64,000 nucleotides of DNA from a virus (Duplodnaviria > Heunggongvirae > Uroviricota > Caudoviricetes): IMG/VR virus record IMGVR_UViG_3300024303_000011; one strand, 5' to 3'. Within the stretch, counting starts at the first letter, position 1. Every line of letters starts with the position of its first letter. The notes beneath the pieces were generated by a model. That model worked only from the letters and a program-made list of their open reading frames with translations. It ran no database searches and was not told where the DNA came from. A program made the position numbers and the translations under genes. This document shows, piece after piece, positions 11,601 to 21,722 of this stretch.

Positions 11601-14600
11601 TTCTTATTGAAATGCTTCTCAAATTCATTCAAGAAAATAGCCTTACGATATTCTCTCTCTGTATAATATTCGATGTCATGATATACATAAGGAGATTCGA
11701 CGGTATCAGTAGATGCATCCCAGAAGTTTGCTCTCTGATATACCCAAGTATAAAGCACCTGAATATGGTCATATTTCGGCGTAAGTCCCTCATCCTTAAG
11801 ATCTCCCTGATCTGGGTAAGTAGACTCAAGACCAAGTGTAGCACGCAACACTGTTTTGCCCTCAGAAGTAACTTCCTCAAACAAACGGTCGCTTTGGAAA
11901 GAAGTTAGTGCCTCTGTGTTGTTTAGGAACTCCCACTTCTGGCAAGTGGTATCATTACCTTTATCATCATCGCGTTCAAGCCCAAATGTTTTTGTGTTGC
12001 CCTTATCATTGTTCAATGCGCCATCACCAGCGAACTCAATTGGTGCTCCAACATCATCTCTGCGGAATAACAAACACCTAAATCCCCAAATGGTATTTTG
12101 TACACGAGGGTCAATTTGTTGTGATGCTGTCACATCATCAAATAACGTGTCAGCCAAATTTGCATTGAAAGTATTCGCGTGATCTGAAGACATAAAATCT
12201 ATCTTATAACATAACGTGCTTTCACCAATAGACAGCTCATTACCAGCGACATCCTTGCCCTTTAATGAATATTTGACTTTCTTGGTCTTTGTCTTTACGA
12301 CACCATCTTTTTCTTCCGTCTGAAGAGTGCCATCTTCGTTATATAAAGCCTTGACCAAATATATCTTATAGTTCTTACGAGGGAATTTCTGCGAAGACGT
12401 ACCTTGTACATTATTACAGCTTACCCAGTTTCCGTTTAAGTCTTTGTCAAGTAAATCCCACTCTACTGTATATCCGCCATTTCCGTCAGGTTTAGTAAGT
12501 GTAACGCCAGACTCTACTTTACCCACCATTTTAACGCCATTAGCACCTTTGTAGGGAGAAAGTGGTCCAGTAATAAGAAGACATGGGTATTTATAAATAG
12601 CTTTATCATAGTCCACATCGCCATCATCATTTAATACATCATTATCCTCAAATCGAAGCAGCTTATCTTGAACAGACAGTGGCGATGCATTATAGTTTTG
12701 TAGAATTTCAACCGCACTAAGTCCACGGTTATAAATTCTCACGTCATATACACTTAAAATACAACTGTTGTCACCCATCGTAATATATTCCTGACTTAGG
12801 AACCGTGCATTATCTGGGTAAACATACGAATTTGCAAATTGTCCATTAATATAAATATTAACGCATTGACCGGTCATTTTCTTGCCGTCTTCGAGAGTAT
12901 ATTGAACGGAACCTCTCGGCTCAATAACAAAACTAAGTCGAATGCGAGTATTGTCTCTAATGTAGGCTGCCGCAATGCTTTCTTCATTCTCAATGAACCC
13001 CGTGTCATCCATTTGTACATTAGATCCATCAGAATGCAACATGTAGCAATTTTGTGGAGTAACAACGAAGCCAGCGTGATCAGATGATAGGCATTTAATA
13101 ATATGTGCCTCAATATCAGTTACATTGCTGACCTTAAATTCAATCTCAAATGTACGTCCGTTTGTTGTTACTGTCGAGTTGGCAACATTCTCAAGACTAA
13201 TTGTTTGTCCATCACGATCCGTATAACTTGTAGCAAACATCGGAAGTTCAATAGTGTGTCTAGCGTCACCACTCAAAGTGACAGATTCTCCATCAATATA
13301 ACCATTAGATACCCAGTTAAATCCTTCAAATTTGCTTTCAATAACTGTTTGTATTCCATTTGCGGTAGTATATCTGCACTCATATAATTCCTTGCCAGCG
13401 TCATTATTGCTTCGTCCATTAGCCGTGTAGTTATATACCAAGCTTGTTGATACTTTTTCTAAGTCATATTTAGTTTGCAAGCTATTAATAGTTGCCGCAA
13501 TCACCTTCGATGTAGAGCCACTTGTAAACTCAATATACACCGTTCCCGAAAGTGGATAAGATGTTCCGTTCCATGTATACAATGTATTATTAGCAACATT
13601 AATCAACGTAGAGCTTTCATAAACTGTTCTCATGCCATAATCATCGACGCTATAAACGGAGATATTCAATTCGTCCGTAGTTTCTTTCCCAGGAGTATAT
13701 ACAGTATAATCCACACTAAGAACTTCACCATAGGTAATCTCTTCTTGTGTGCATACAACACCAATCATTGGCTGCGAGCTTGTACCATTATTGTATAACA
13801 AAGAATATTTCAAAATATTAGATGTTGCTCCGTCGCTTGTTTTAAAATATACTCTTAAGTCGTGTGCTCCATAATCATAGTTGCCAAGCATCTTTATTGT
13901 ATGAGATAAAACCGAATAGTGGCTCGTTCCTATATCAATTTCATCACACACATCGCCATCAATTTCAAAATACACCGTCTTATGTAAATTTCTACCAACA
14001 CAACGGTACTGAAAGTTGATATTGCCAGTATACACCGCAGAACCATTAAAGTTGATTGCTTCAATGCCAACTTCAACTGGCGTTACATGATATGTTAATG
14101 ATTTATCAATAAGAGATTCTCCACCGGTTACAGTGAATTTAATATCTGTTGTAGTTCCTAAAGAAAGAATTGCCGCCACGTCGATAGAGAACGGTGTGTC
14201 TTGTGGAACAGTCTGAGTTTTATATTGTATCCACTCCGTATCGGTACTTAATTTATATAAAACGTTTAGCGTACCATTAACTCCAGTTGATTCGTTGCCG
14301 TATTTTTCATAAAAATATGCGGTCAGCATCGTCCTGTCGGCCAACGCAACCGTCAATGTATTAGATGACATGCCATTAACAAGACGAACGCTATAAGAAG
14401 AGACACCGCCACCTCCACCACCAACAATTTCAACCGGCTCGGATACAATTTCTCCATTCAACGTCAAATAGAGTTTATTATCTTCGTAAAAAAGACCATC
14501 GACAACCTTGCCATCCACATATGTTTTTAGTTCAGATAATTCATCGTCCAAGTTTTGATATGGCAAATTAGCAAAAACATTTACGCCGTCGCCGATTTTT

Positions 14601-14728
14601 GTTTTAAATGTTCCATCGGGGCATTCTTCGATTACAATTTCTCCAGCATAAGGGATAATACCAGATTCTATCCATTGTTCAGCGGTGCCTCGCCTATGTT
14701 GTGTAATAATCTTCGTTGCCATTGGCAT
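8666..14728 (-). CDS. Giant multidomain virion protein (Mtd_N-like, beta-sandwich/lectin-like, CotH-kinase-like, LRR, B-repeat-like, BspA-type LRR)
   Basis: KIGDG N-terminus; GTSS..FPRKNYKI, DNRAKNMF and YDLDS motifs; C-terminal IPxxVTxIGxxAFxxCxxL repeats. Confidence 0.7.
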   Translation of the reverse strand: MPMATKIITQHRRGTAEQWIESGIIPYAGEIVIEECPDGTFKTKIGDGVNVFANLPYQNLDDELSELKTYVDGKVVDGLFYEDNKLYLTLNGEIVSEPVEIVGGGGGGVSSYSVRLVNGMSSNTLTVALADRTMLTAYFYEKYGNESTGVNGTLNVLYKLSTDTEWIQYKTQTVPQDTPFSIDVAAILSLGTTTDIKFTVTGGESLIDKSLTYHVTPVEVGIEAINFNGSAVYTGNINFQYRCVGRNLHKTVYFEIDGDVCDEIDIGTSHYSVLSHTIKMLGNYDYGAHDLRVYFKTSDGATSNILKYSLLYNNGTSSQPMIGVVCTQEEITYGEVLSVDYTVYTPGKETTDELNISVYSVDDYGMRTVYESSTLINVANNTLYTWNGTSYPLSGTVYIEFTSGSTSKVIAATINSLQTKYDLEKVSTSLVYNYTANGRSNNDAGKELYECRYTTANGIQTVIESKFEGFNWVSNGYIDGESVTLSGDARHTIELPMFATSYTDRDGQTISLENVANSTVTTNGRTFEIEFKVSNVTDIEAHIIKCLSSDHAGFVVTPQNCYMLHSDGSNVQMDDTGFIENEESIAAAYIRDNTRIRLSFVIEPRGSVQYTLEDGKKMTGQCVNIYINGQFANSYVYPDNARFLSQEYITMGDNSCILSVYDVRIYNRGLSAVEILQNYNASPLSVQDKLLRFEDNDVLNDDGDVDYDKAIYKYPCLLITGPLSPYKGANGVKMVGKVESGVTLTKPDGNGGYTVEWDLLDKDLNGNWVSCNNVQGTSSQKFPRKNYKIYLVKALYNEDGTLQTEEKDGVVKTKTKKVKYSLKGKDVAGNELSIGESTLCYKIDFMSSDHANTFNANLADTLFDDVTASQQIDPRVQNTIWGFRCLLFRRDDVGAPIEFAGDGALNNDKGNTKTFGLERDDDKGNDTTCQKWEFLNNTEALTSFQSDRLFEEVTSEGKTVLRATLGLESTYPDQGDLKDEGLTPKYDHIQVLYTWVYQRANFWDASTDTVESPYVYHDIEYYTEREYRKAIFLNEFEKHFNKNHALIYYLFMEFVALCDNRAKNMFLRSENVRIERLLDVDGNEISIHDCIESGTGVVDADRIDWENSTFAVWLTDLYDLDSGYGVENSGYMQIPYYADWSYTLNGTQKFNGRGSRLWLMVEEALENDIQAKAQLLTERGVGDGGLNYETLYDTHIKNNAMLVCPAVVNRDMTYKYSDPWVEGFVDYSMEGHPVRYIYDYKCLQRGSRTQQKDAFIYRRSNMLYSKYRCKKFLNNNINFRCGVGDVYYADGGLPASMSGISITANQVIYPAVKFGDGDAAVVSGPRTSAGDTAVITKPGTASTDKVGFSDTVYIAGGTFLTDIGNISKFCPYEIQLQNATGLRSLNIGSDEEGYENVQLKSIDTSGCKLLEELNIMGCTALGPLDLSRNGLLQRVYAANSSVQSVTLPNGGVLEELHLGNIVDLEILNQENLVVFDCTSYDSLTRLHIENTSVVPAFEILEAKLPELVGGIRLIGIDETMDDASLFDRLLGEEARGKYIDNSGVLVDDLTLYPYISGKCHIKTLTGTQLQNIKKVYPDIQIAYDTLTATIIYMNEDGTEELYREVIHDGGDAADPVVAGSIAEPIKSSTAQYHFAYGGWSHSPNSDPVDDALLYVAVDRVVYAAFNKTIRSYTVRFYNGDILLQTSIVEYGSAATYYGETPIKANTSIPELYDFAGWEPGCGNITGNLDCYAQFEFNIAKIYQFLLTDFEYSTNDADDTMSITKYIGAKLAGEIQSAYDGNDVISVAGFEESAIEFIILPITLRTIAANTFQYCNQLMSINIPINVTKIGDNAFRGCNNLEKVTVSDGNTKYHDAGNCIIETASDKLVVGCNTSIIPTDGSVTSIGYGAFYGRNGLTNINIPDGVTEIDNTAFTNCANLANVILPETLVNIGSMAFYGCGMSEVVIPDSVQNVRMYSFSVCNNLTTVTFGSGITSIHAQTFDNSPNLRTINVPWAEGEVANAPWGAKNATINYNYKVGLE

Positions 14729-14808
14729 TCATCATCTCCCTTTATTATCCTATATAAATTAGGACTGGCTATTTTTCAAGCCAGTCCCATAAAACTTAAC
14801 AAACTTTA

Positions 14809-16812
14809 TCAAACATTGATAGTAGAACTGCCACAATTGAAAATCAGAACATCGCCGTCAAAGCCAATTCTGTCTTCAAGAGCAGTAACTCTGTTAGTAG
14901 CAGCAGTCAGATCAGAAGCAGCAGCCTTGGATGTAACAGTGTTCCAAGTTGTGATGTCGTCTGCGTCAATACCATCGATAACAGCTTTGTTCGCATGCTC
15001 GTGCTTCTTAGCAACGGCATCAGCAAGATTTGCATCAGTCTGAGTGTAAGTGTCAAGAAGCGCCTTATTGCCGTGCTCGTGAGCCTTGTCCTGTAGAGCA
15101 TCGATATCAGTCTCGTTCTGAGAAATTCTGCCCTCAGCAAGAGTTAGATCTGCCTCAGTAGCCTTTGCATCAAGTTCTGTAGCAAGAGCTTCACCAAGAT
15201 CAGTCTTGCTAACTTTGTCCTTAGAGGCAAGAGCACCAGTAGGAACGGTTACATTAACTGCGCGAGAAGCATCAGGAGTCAGAGCAACACCATTAACCTT
15301 AACGGTTTCGATGATATTCTTTTCCGCATTGGTTTCAACATCCTTAACATGTGCTTCCAGAGAGTCCAGTCTGCCCTCAGCAGAATCCATTTCAGATTCC
15401 AGGGTTGCAACTCTGCCTACGGCAGCATCAATGTTGTCCTGAAGAGTCTTGTCTGCTGCCTTGTAAGCAGTGTCCATAGCAGATACAGTGCCTGCGAGAC
15501 CAGCAAGGTCACCATCTGTTGCGTACTGATCAAGATTTTCAGCGGCGATAGCAGCCTTAATCTGTGCATCAACGGAAGTTTCGCCCATCTTGGTTTCGAG
15601 TGCGTCAATAGCAGCAGCCATTTCAGCGGCTTCGCCACCGTGGTTAGCAACGTAGTTAACGAGTTCTTTGAATGTATCATAGGTGTTGTTGTCACCAGTT
15701 ACCTTGGTAGCAAAGTCATTGATTGCATCAGCAACCTTCTTGTCAACAGAGCCTTCAACAGTTGCGTCACCATTGAGCTTTTCAATAGCCTCTTTGTTAG
15801 CCTTTACCTGACCATTTGCAAGTTCATCGGTGTAATCCTTGGCGTCGGTTAACTTCTGAGCAGCGTCAGTCTTTGTTTCATAGGTGTCAGCGGAAGTTCC
15901 ACCGAGATTTTCAACTGCTGTTTCAAGTTCAGCAATAGCATCAGCGTTGTCCTTAACCTTGCCGTTTTCAAGCGCAGTTACAGCAGCAGCCGCATCAGTA
16001 CCAGCCTTCTTAGCCTCTGCGATAGCATCATTCTTAGCGTCAGCATAGCCCTGAGCCTCAGCCTTAGTAGCATAGTCACCAACAGCCTGCTTACCAGCAA
16101 GTGCAGTTTCTACAGCCTTGAAGTCATTGACGGAATCACCAGTCTGAATGTCTGTTCTAAGAGTAGCAATTGCAGTTGTATTCTTACCAATGTTTTCTGT
16201 ATTGGTCTTAACTGCACCGTCCTTCAACTCATCAGTGTATTCCTTTGCGTCAGTAAGAGCCTTGCCAACAGCCGCGTCGTTAGAAGTCTTGTATGCGTCA
16301 AGGTCATCCTGTGCATCATCAGCAGCCTTCTGAGCAGCTTCGATATCGGCAACAAGTTCGGCCTTGTCGTTAACATAAGTAGTTCCAGTGAAAGTATTGT
16401 AATTAGCAGTCAGTTCAGCGATATCAGTCTTATTCTTCTCTGCCTTTGCATCAACTGCCTGTACTTCAGTCTTAAGAGCAAACGCGCTTGTATCAACGTC
16501 ATCGATAGTTACAAGAGACTTAATCCATGCTTCGAAGTTGGATTTTGTCCAAGCAGCACCATTAGAGTCAACCTTCAGGAAGCTCTGAACATCCGCTGCT
16601 CTCGCAGAAAGCCATGTCAGATCCTTGAAAAAAGTCTCGCCGTCACCAACTTTGATGAGCATAGTGGGAGCTGTAGACGCAATAGGATCAGATTCAACTT
16701 CTGCAATGCAAATTTCACCTCTCAGAGGCTTAAATGTTTCTTCAACTGCTTTCCATTCAGCAAGAGTAGCAATTTTAGATTGAATTCTAGTCATAAGTTC
16801 TTTAGTTGCCAT
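14809..16812 (-). CDS. Long coiled-coil fibre with Mtd_N-like N-terminus
   Basis: IKVGDG motif; Ala/Asp/Lys-rich heptads; HEHxNK repeats. Confidence 0.7.
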   Translation of the reverse strand: MATKELMTRIQSKIATLAEWKAVEETFKPLRGEICIAEVESDPIASTAPTMLIKVGDGETFFKDLTWLSARAADVQSFLKVDSNGAAWTKSNFEAWIKSLVTIDDVDTSAFALKTEVQAVDAKAEKNKTDIAELTANYNTFTGTTYVNDKAELVADIEAAQKAADDAQDDLDAYKTSNDAAVGKALTDAKEYTDELKDGAVKTNTENIGKNTTAIATLRTDIQTGDSVNDFKAVETALAGKQAVGDYATKAEAQGYADAKNDAIAEAKKAGTDAAAAVTALENGKVKDNADAIAELETAVENLGGTSADTYETKTDAAQKLTDAKDYTDELANGQVKANKEAIEKLNGDATVEGSVDKKVADAINDFATKVTGDNNTYDTFKELVNYVANHGGEAAEMAAAIDALETKMGETSVDAQIKAAIAAENLDQYATDGDLAGLAGTVSAMDTAYKAADKTLQDNIDAAVGRVATLESEMDSAEGRLDSLEAHVKDVETNAEKNIIETVKVNGVALTPDASRAVNVTVPTGALASKDKVSKTDLGEALATELDAKATEADLTLAEGRISQNETDIDALQDKAHEHGNKALLDTYTQTDANLADAVAKKHEHANKAVIDGIDADDITTWNTVTSKAAASDLTAATNRVTALEDRIGFDGDVLIFNCGSSTINV

Positions 16813-16895
16813 AATTATTATCTCCTTTAATTACGTAATTATTAAATCAACGATAAGCCTGAATAGACCTATCGTTATTGCGTACATATAATATA

Positions 16896-18698
16896 TTATT
16901 TCGCGGAACCGCCATTAAGAATGAGCGTATCGCCGTCGGTTTGTACAAGCTTATTAACGTTAATGCTATTTACTTCCATAGTGCCGTCTGCGGCAACAGA
17001 AATCTTGTTCTCTGCATCAGAAGACTTAACTAAACCAAGTGCTTCCATAGCGGCCACAGGAATATCAACAGTCTTATTGGAAATCGTAATAGCTGTACCG
17101 CCAAGAGTGACACTTTCAATCTTATTAACTTGTGCGCCAGCTTCAACTCCATTAATCTTTTCAACAAGAGCATCGGTCAGGTTGTTCTCAGAAAGACCAG
17201 TAAGCGTACCTGCACGAGCAGTAATCCAAGCATCTAAGCCATCGACATTACCTGCTGCAACCTTACCGGATACGGAAACCTCACCATTATCACCCAGAAC
17301 AAGTTTTTCCAGCTTTGTGGCTTCGTCTTCAGTAAGTAAACGAGAACCTTCGACTTTGTCAACCTTACCAGCAAGAGCGTCAGTAAGACCAGTAACCTTG
17401 CTCATAGCAACATCAAGTAGAGTCAGGTTTCTATTTCCATCAATGGTGAACTGTGTGGTATCTACGGTAGCAATAACGTTCTTCTCTGCGCCAACTGCCT
17501 CAAGGCCAGCAACGCGAGTATCCATAGCGGTATTTAGACCATCTGCGTGATCTTTCGCATTCTGCTCGGCAGCATCCCATGCGGTCACTCTTGCAGATGT
17601 AATTGCATCAATGACCTCTTTGTTAGTGTGTTCATGCAGGTCGCTAAGCTTAGCATATCCACTTAGATCTGCATCCGTGTCATCGATAAGCACCATCGTA
17701 CCATTAATTTTTGCATAAATGTCGTGATGTGTGCCATCTGTACCAGGAACGAGATAAAGAACATTATCGGTTGCAGCACTTGCTTCTGGAATTTGTTCTA
17801 CCTTTTCAAAGACAGCATGATTAATTCCGGCAATAGCAGCCTCAACAGTTGCCTGAACCTGAGTATCGGTCTGATATTTTGAATCATTCGTAAATGCAGA
17901 GATATTTGTTGGAATCTTGCCTTCGGCTTCTGCAATTAACTCCACGATGGTCTTGCCATCTTCTACGGTTCCAATCTTATCATTAATATCAGAAATGCCC
18001 TGAGCATTCTCTGCGATGAGTGCAGTAAGTCCGGTTACAGCCTCTACGCCTTCTGCGGCCTCTCTGCCATTAATAATAACGGCAATGTCATCAATTGCGT
18101 CTTCAGCGGTAGTAAGACGAGCACCGAGATCCGCAACGTCCTTAACAAGTCCAGTAGCTTCGGTTTCACCTTCAGCTGCCTTGCCAACGGCATTCTCAAG
18201 TGCACTAATTCTCGTCTTAAGACCTTCAATCTCAGTAGCAAGACCTTCTACGGTAGTAGCGCTAGGCTCAACCCAAGTAAGTTTGCCATTAACAAGTAAA
18301 GGTTGATAAGTAATATTAGTAGTAGAGCCATCTTCCTCTTCTCTGGTAAGAGCAAGTCCGGCAATACCATAAAGGCTTACGGTGCCATCTTCAGCGACAG
18401 TAATAGATTTCTCGTCGCCAACAGGAGAAGATCCGACTTCCTTAAGATCACCGGCCTCGTTATCGATAACATAAGCCGTGGCAGTCTTAACGGTTACTTC
18501 GTCAACTACAACGTCTGTTACAACAGTTAAAATCTGACCAACGTATGCAACCGGATCTGTCTTTGCATAATTCTGTGCTTCCGCAAGGCTTGCCCATACG
18601 GAGCTATTATCAAGAGGATTTGGATTGCCACGTCTAATATTCAGTGACATGCCAAAGCCGTCTTTTGCTAAATAATTAGGTACATTAAAAACAGCCAT
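16896..18698 (-). CDS. Coiled-coil fibre/appendage protein
   Basis: RGNPNPLD...AYVGQI N-terminus; coiled coils; KVDKVEG and GAQVNKIE motifs. Confidence 0.65.
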   Translation of the reverse strand: MAVFNVPNYLAKDGFGMSLNIRRGNPNPLDNSSVWASLAEAQNYAKTDPVAYVGQILTVVTDVVVDEVTVKTATAYVIDNEAGDLKEVGSSPVGDEKSITVAEDGTVSLYGIAGLALTREEEDGSTTNITYQPLLVNGKLTWVEPSATTVEGLATEIEGLKTRISALENAVGKAAEGETEATGLVKDVADLGARLTTAEDAIDDIAVIINGREAAEGVEAVTGLTALIAENAQGISDINDKIGTVEDGKTIVELIAEAEGKIPTNISAFTNDSKYQTDTQVQATVEAAIAGINHAVFEKVEQIPEASAATDNVLYLVPGTDGTHHDIYAKINGTMVLIDDTDADLSGYAKLSDLHEHTNKEVIDAITSARVTAWDAAEQNAKDHADGLNTAMDTRVAGLEAVGAEKNVIATVDTTQFTIDGNRNLTLLDVAMSKVTGLTDALAGKVDKVEGSRLLTEDEATKLEKLVLGDNGEVSVSGKVAAGNVDGLDAWITARAGTLTGLSENNLTDALVEKINGVEAGAQVNKIESVTLGGTAITISNKTVDIPVAAMEALGLVKSSDAENKISVAADGTMEVNSINVNKLVQTDGDTLILNGGSAK

Positions 18699-18711
18699 AT
18701 TTTAGTCCTCC

Positions 18712-19818
18712 TTATGCAAGATATACCTTATGTACTGTAGCAGCATCAATAGTTGCAGAAGTCCAATAAGAAATCTTATAGTCTACCGCATTAATATCTT
18801 CGCCATCAACAGTACCACGGGCGTCTGCCACCTTCATTGTTTTGCCATTCTTTGTCCACTGATCTGTAACTTCAACGGTCATACCTGCGGTAGATTCAAC
18901 CTTGTTAATACCACCTCTAGTATTAGAGCTAGGAATAGCAACAACAAAATACTTAACATCTGTTGCGCCGTTCGCCTTAATCTCAACATTTCTTGCAGCA
19001 GTATAAGCACCACCATTTGTAAGACCACGAATATCCGCAGAAGTCAGATCAGCAACATCCTTTGTTACATAACCATAGAAAATGCTTCTATAGCTTGATA
19101 ATGTTGAGCCAGTTTTTGCAGCGGTCTTGCCCTCACCAATCTTTTTAGCATCTACTGGATTACCCAGGTTGGAATTGGGGCTAGCCGTAGCAGCATTATA
19201 ATTAGCATAAGCGCTTACAGCCTGGCTGAAATCATCTGGCACATTAAAGGTTGCAAACGTACCGCTTGCACCGGTCAGAGTTTCGCCATTGAAAGTGACA
19301 GCATAGTCTTTAACCGTTATGCCAGTTGCTGGGCCATAAGGATACGAACCTGCATTAAATGAAACGCTATATGTAGGACTTACAGACGTACCAACTTCAT
19401 ACGCCTTATAACCATTATTTGACCCTGCCGTCAGAGTAATACTCGGCATAGTAATTTTATGCCCATCAGTATTAAACTCTGTGTCTTCCGTGGAATAAGC
19501 ATCAGTGAGTAATTCGGACATAGTTTTGCCTTTTGCGGCAACAGTTACGCTACCGGTGCTATCGGGAGCATACTTACCAAACTGGCTCGTAAAAATAAAG
19601 TCTTTTTCAAAAGTTTCTTCGTAATAGGGAAGGTCTTCCCATCTACTAACTCCATCACCAATCTTAAACTTGGTGACTGCGCCAGTGCTTGTAGCATCTG
19701 GATTGAACTCGACGCCAACTTCACCCTTGAGCAGGATAGAACTGTCGTCTGCCTTTACGGCTTCCCAGTTGGCAGTAGAATCATTTCTTAAAATAATTCT
19801 CGTATTAAGAGTTGCCAT
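18712..19818 (-). CDS. Mtd_N-like module plus beta-sandwich virion protein
   Basis: RIILRNDSTANW...KFKIGDGVSRWEDLPY. Confidence 0.7.
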   Translation of the reverse strand: MATLNTRIILRNDSTANWEAVKADDSSILLKGEVGVEFNPDATSTGAVTKFKIGDGVSRWEDLPYYEETFEKDFIFTSQFGKYAPDSTGSVTVAAKGKTMSELLTDAYSTEDTEFNTDGHKITMPSITLTAGSNNGYKAYEVGTSVSPTYSVSFNAGSYPYGPATGITVKDYAVTFNGETLTGASGTFATFNVPDDFSQAVSAYANYNAATASPNSNLGNPVDAKKIGEGKTAAKTGSTLSSYRSIFYGYVTKDVADLTSADIRGLTNGGAYTAARNVEIKANGATDVKYFVVAIPSSNTRGGINKVESTAGMTVEVTDQWTKNGKTMKVADARGTVDGEDINAVDYKISYWTSATIDAATVHKVYLA

Positions 19819-20161
19819 TTGCGTTACCTCCATGAATTAAATTTATCTCCAAAGGCACGTCGGATTCCACACTATTTAGTGCTTCATATCTAAGTGCCGT
19901 AGGATTCCACTGATAAATCATCTGTTCTGATTCTGCTTTATAAATTACATTCGCCTTTCCTACAGACGGGAAGTCATAACGTGTACTTGCATTCACTACA
20001 CAACTCTCGCCAACATAAGGAAGGTCATTCCATGCGGTAGTACCATCACCAATTTTGAGTCTGTTTTCATCTGTGACAAAGCCGGGCTCACCAGCCGCCA
20101 ACACCAGATTCAACTCAGACCAGCGACTAGCAGTACCACGTTTTAGTTGTAGTGTCGCCAT
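19805..20161 (-). CDS. Mtd_N-like module protein
   Basis: LQLKRGTASRW..LNLVLAAGEPG....RLKIGDGTTAWNDLPY. Confidence 0.75.
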   Translation of the reverse strand: MATLQLKRGTASRWSELNLVLAAGEPGFVTDENRLKIGDGTTAWNDLPYVGESCVVNASTRYDFPSVGKANVIYKAESEQMIYQWNPTALRYEALNSVESDVPLEINLIHGGNANGNS

Positions 20162-20164
20162 GTG

Positions 20165-20962
20165 TTAGATCTCCCCATAATCTATTGTTTCAGTAGGTGT
20201 TTCTACTTCTTTAATCTGTTCATCTATATATGTCTTGAGTTCATCAGACATTTCCTCGACCTTTTCAGTAACAACTGATTCCGTCGCTATTACTTCCTGC
20301 TCTCCGCTTTCACTTTCCGGTATGCTAATGCCAAGAGCATTCAGCGCAGCCTCTCTATCAATGCCAAAAACACCATCCTCAAGTTCGGTCATTTCTGTGC
20401 CAGCGAAAGTAATAGACTTCAATATATTTGCTTCTACCTGCTCCATGTCACCAAGGCCAAGGGCATTTAGAGCGGCGTCTTTATCAATGCTAAACACGCC
20501 ATCTGACTCAGTCATCTCAATTCCGGCAAACATAATAGACTTAACATCGTCTGAAATCAGGTTGTCAATTTCTTCTCTTGTATAAACAGTCTTTAGAACT
20601 TCTTCTTTAACTGTTACTATAATTTCCTCTTTGTCTTCCAGCGCTATATCATTTGGCGCATAAATCACCTGTAGCCAACCATCACGTGTTGCGTTCAACA
20701 CATAACCGTTCTTTGTGTCTTCAACAAAATAAAGAATGCCATCTGCCGCCACATTAAATGCTGGCAATGCATCATAGGACGCAACAACTCTTACACCATC
20801 GGTCAGCAGCTGATTGGCGCGATAAAACTCTCTAGAGTCAACACAAAAATATAACGCGTTAGGATTATATTGTTTTCGGTTTATTTGTTTTTCTTTTGTT
20901 GTACGAACAAATAAGACATTTTGAGCCATCGTCATCACTCCTCTCTTTATTCGTCTACCCAA
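20165..20962 (-). CDS. Virion structural hypothetical protein
   Basis: Internal duplication (KSIxFAGxEMTE..DGVFxID..AALNALG); true start probably near 20930. Confidence 0.6.
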   Translation of the reverse strand: MGRRIKRGVMTMAQNVLFVRTTKEKQINRKQYNPNALYFCVDSREFYRANQLLTDGVRVVASYDALPAFNVAADGILYFVEDTKNGYVLNATRDGWLQVIYAPNDIALEDKEEIIVTVKEEVLKTVYTREEIDNLISDDVKSIMFAGIEMTESDGVFSIDKDAALNALGLGDMEQVEANILKSITFAGTEMTELEDGVFGIDREAALNALGISIPESESGEQEVIATESVVTEKVEEMSDELKTYIDEQIKEVETPTETIDYGEI

Positions 20963-21696
20963 ATATAGTCGCTTTCTAATTCGCCGTCATCATCTATCCA
21001 TTCATCAAATGGATTAAGGTCAACAGGTTCCGGATTCTCCAGACCGCCATCATTGGTCCAACTTAGAATCAGGTCGTCAGATACATGCGGTATAAATGTT
21101 GCACCAGAAGCGCCAGCAACATGACCAAGATCAATTACACGACCATCATTCATTGTGATTGTTATATTATCGTTCTCATCAACTTCAAATTTGGCAATGC
21201 CGCACTCACTCATACCAACCTTATCTCCGATAGGATTGCCATCTGCAACAAGCTGAATGGTGCCGTCTTCCTCATTGCGTATAATACCATCAGCCTTGGT
21301 ATCATTTAGTTCATCAATTTGCGCAGTCAATTTATTTATAATCTCGTTATAATATTGTGCAGAAGCGCTTCCATCGTCATATGACGTTAGGCCGCTATCT
21401 TCCACCGGAATAGTGATTGTATTAGTTGTAATTCCGCCGCCAAAAACAGAAACTTTAAATGAACTATTTGGCTTAATTACTTCTGGCGGCACTTCGCACA
21501 TATTGTCTTCATTAATTAAACGAGGATAATTTCTACCTTTATAACTGAAATTCGCCATTTTCACAGATACATCATTCCAATCATCAGTGAAAAAATTAAA
21601 CTGACAATGCAGATAACCTACGGAATTTGACGCAACAGTAGCTGAATTAAAACGTGAAAGACGTTGATTTCTTACTGAAAATTTAAGTATAAGCAT
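20947..21696 (-). CDS. Baseplate/fibre adaptor-like protein
   Basis: GATFIPHVSDDLILSWTNDGGLENPEPVDL motif common in Firmicutes phage fibres. Confidence 0.55.
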   Translation of the reverse strand: MLILKFSVRNQRLSRFNSATVASNSVGYLHCQFNFFTDDWNDVSVKMANFSYKGRNYPRLINEDNMCEVPPEVIKPNSSFKVSVFGGGITTNTITIPVEDSGLTSYDDGSASAQYYNEIINKLTAQIDELNDTKADGIIRNEEDGTIQLVADGNPIGDKVGMSECGIAKFEVDENDNITITMNDGRVIDLGHVAGASGATFIPHVSDDLILSWTNDGGLENPEPVDLNPFDEWIDDDGELESDYIWVDE

Positions 21697-21722
21697 TTCA
21701 CATCAACTCCTTTCTTCAAAGA

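Noticed and set aside
893..14728. Diversity-generating retroelement acting on Mtd_N-like or fibre genes
   Set aside because: No reverse transcriptase in the window and no TR/VR pair with adenine-specific differences seen; one outside the window cannot be excluded
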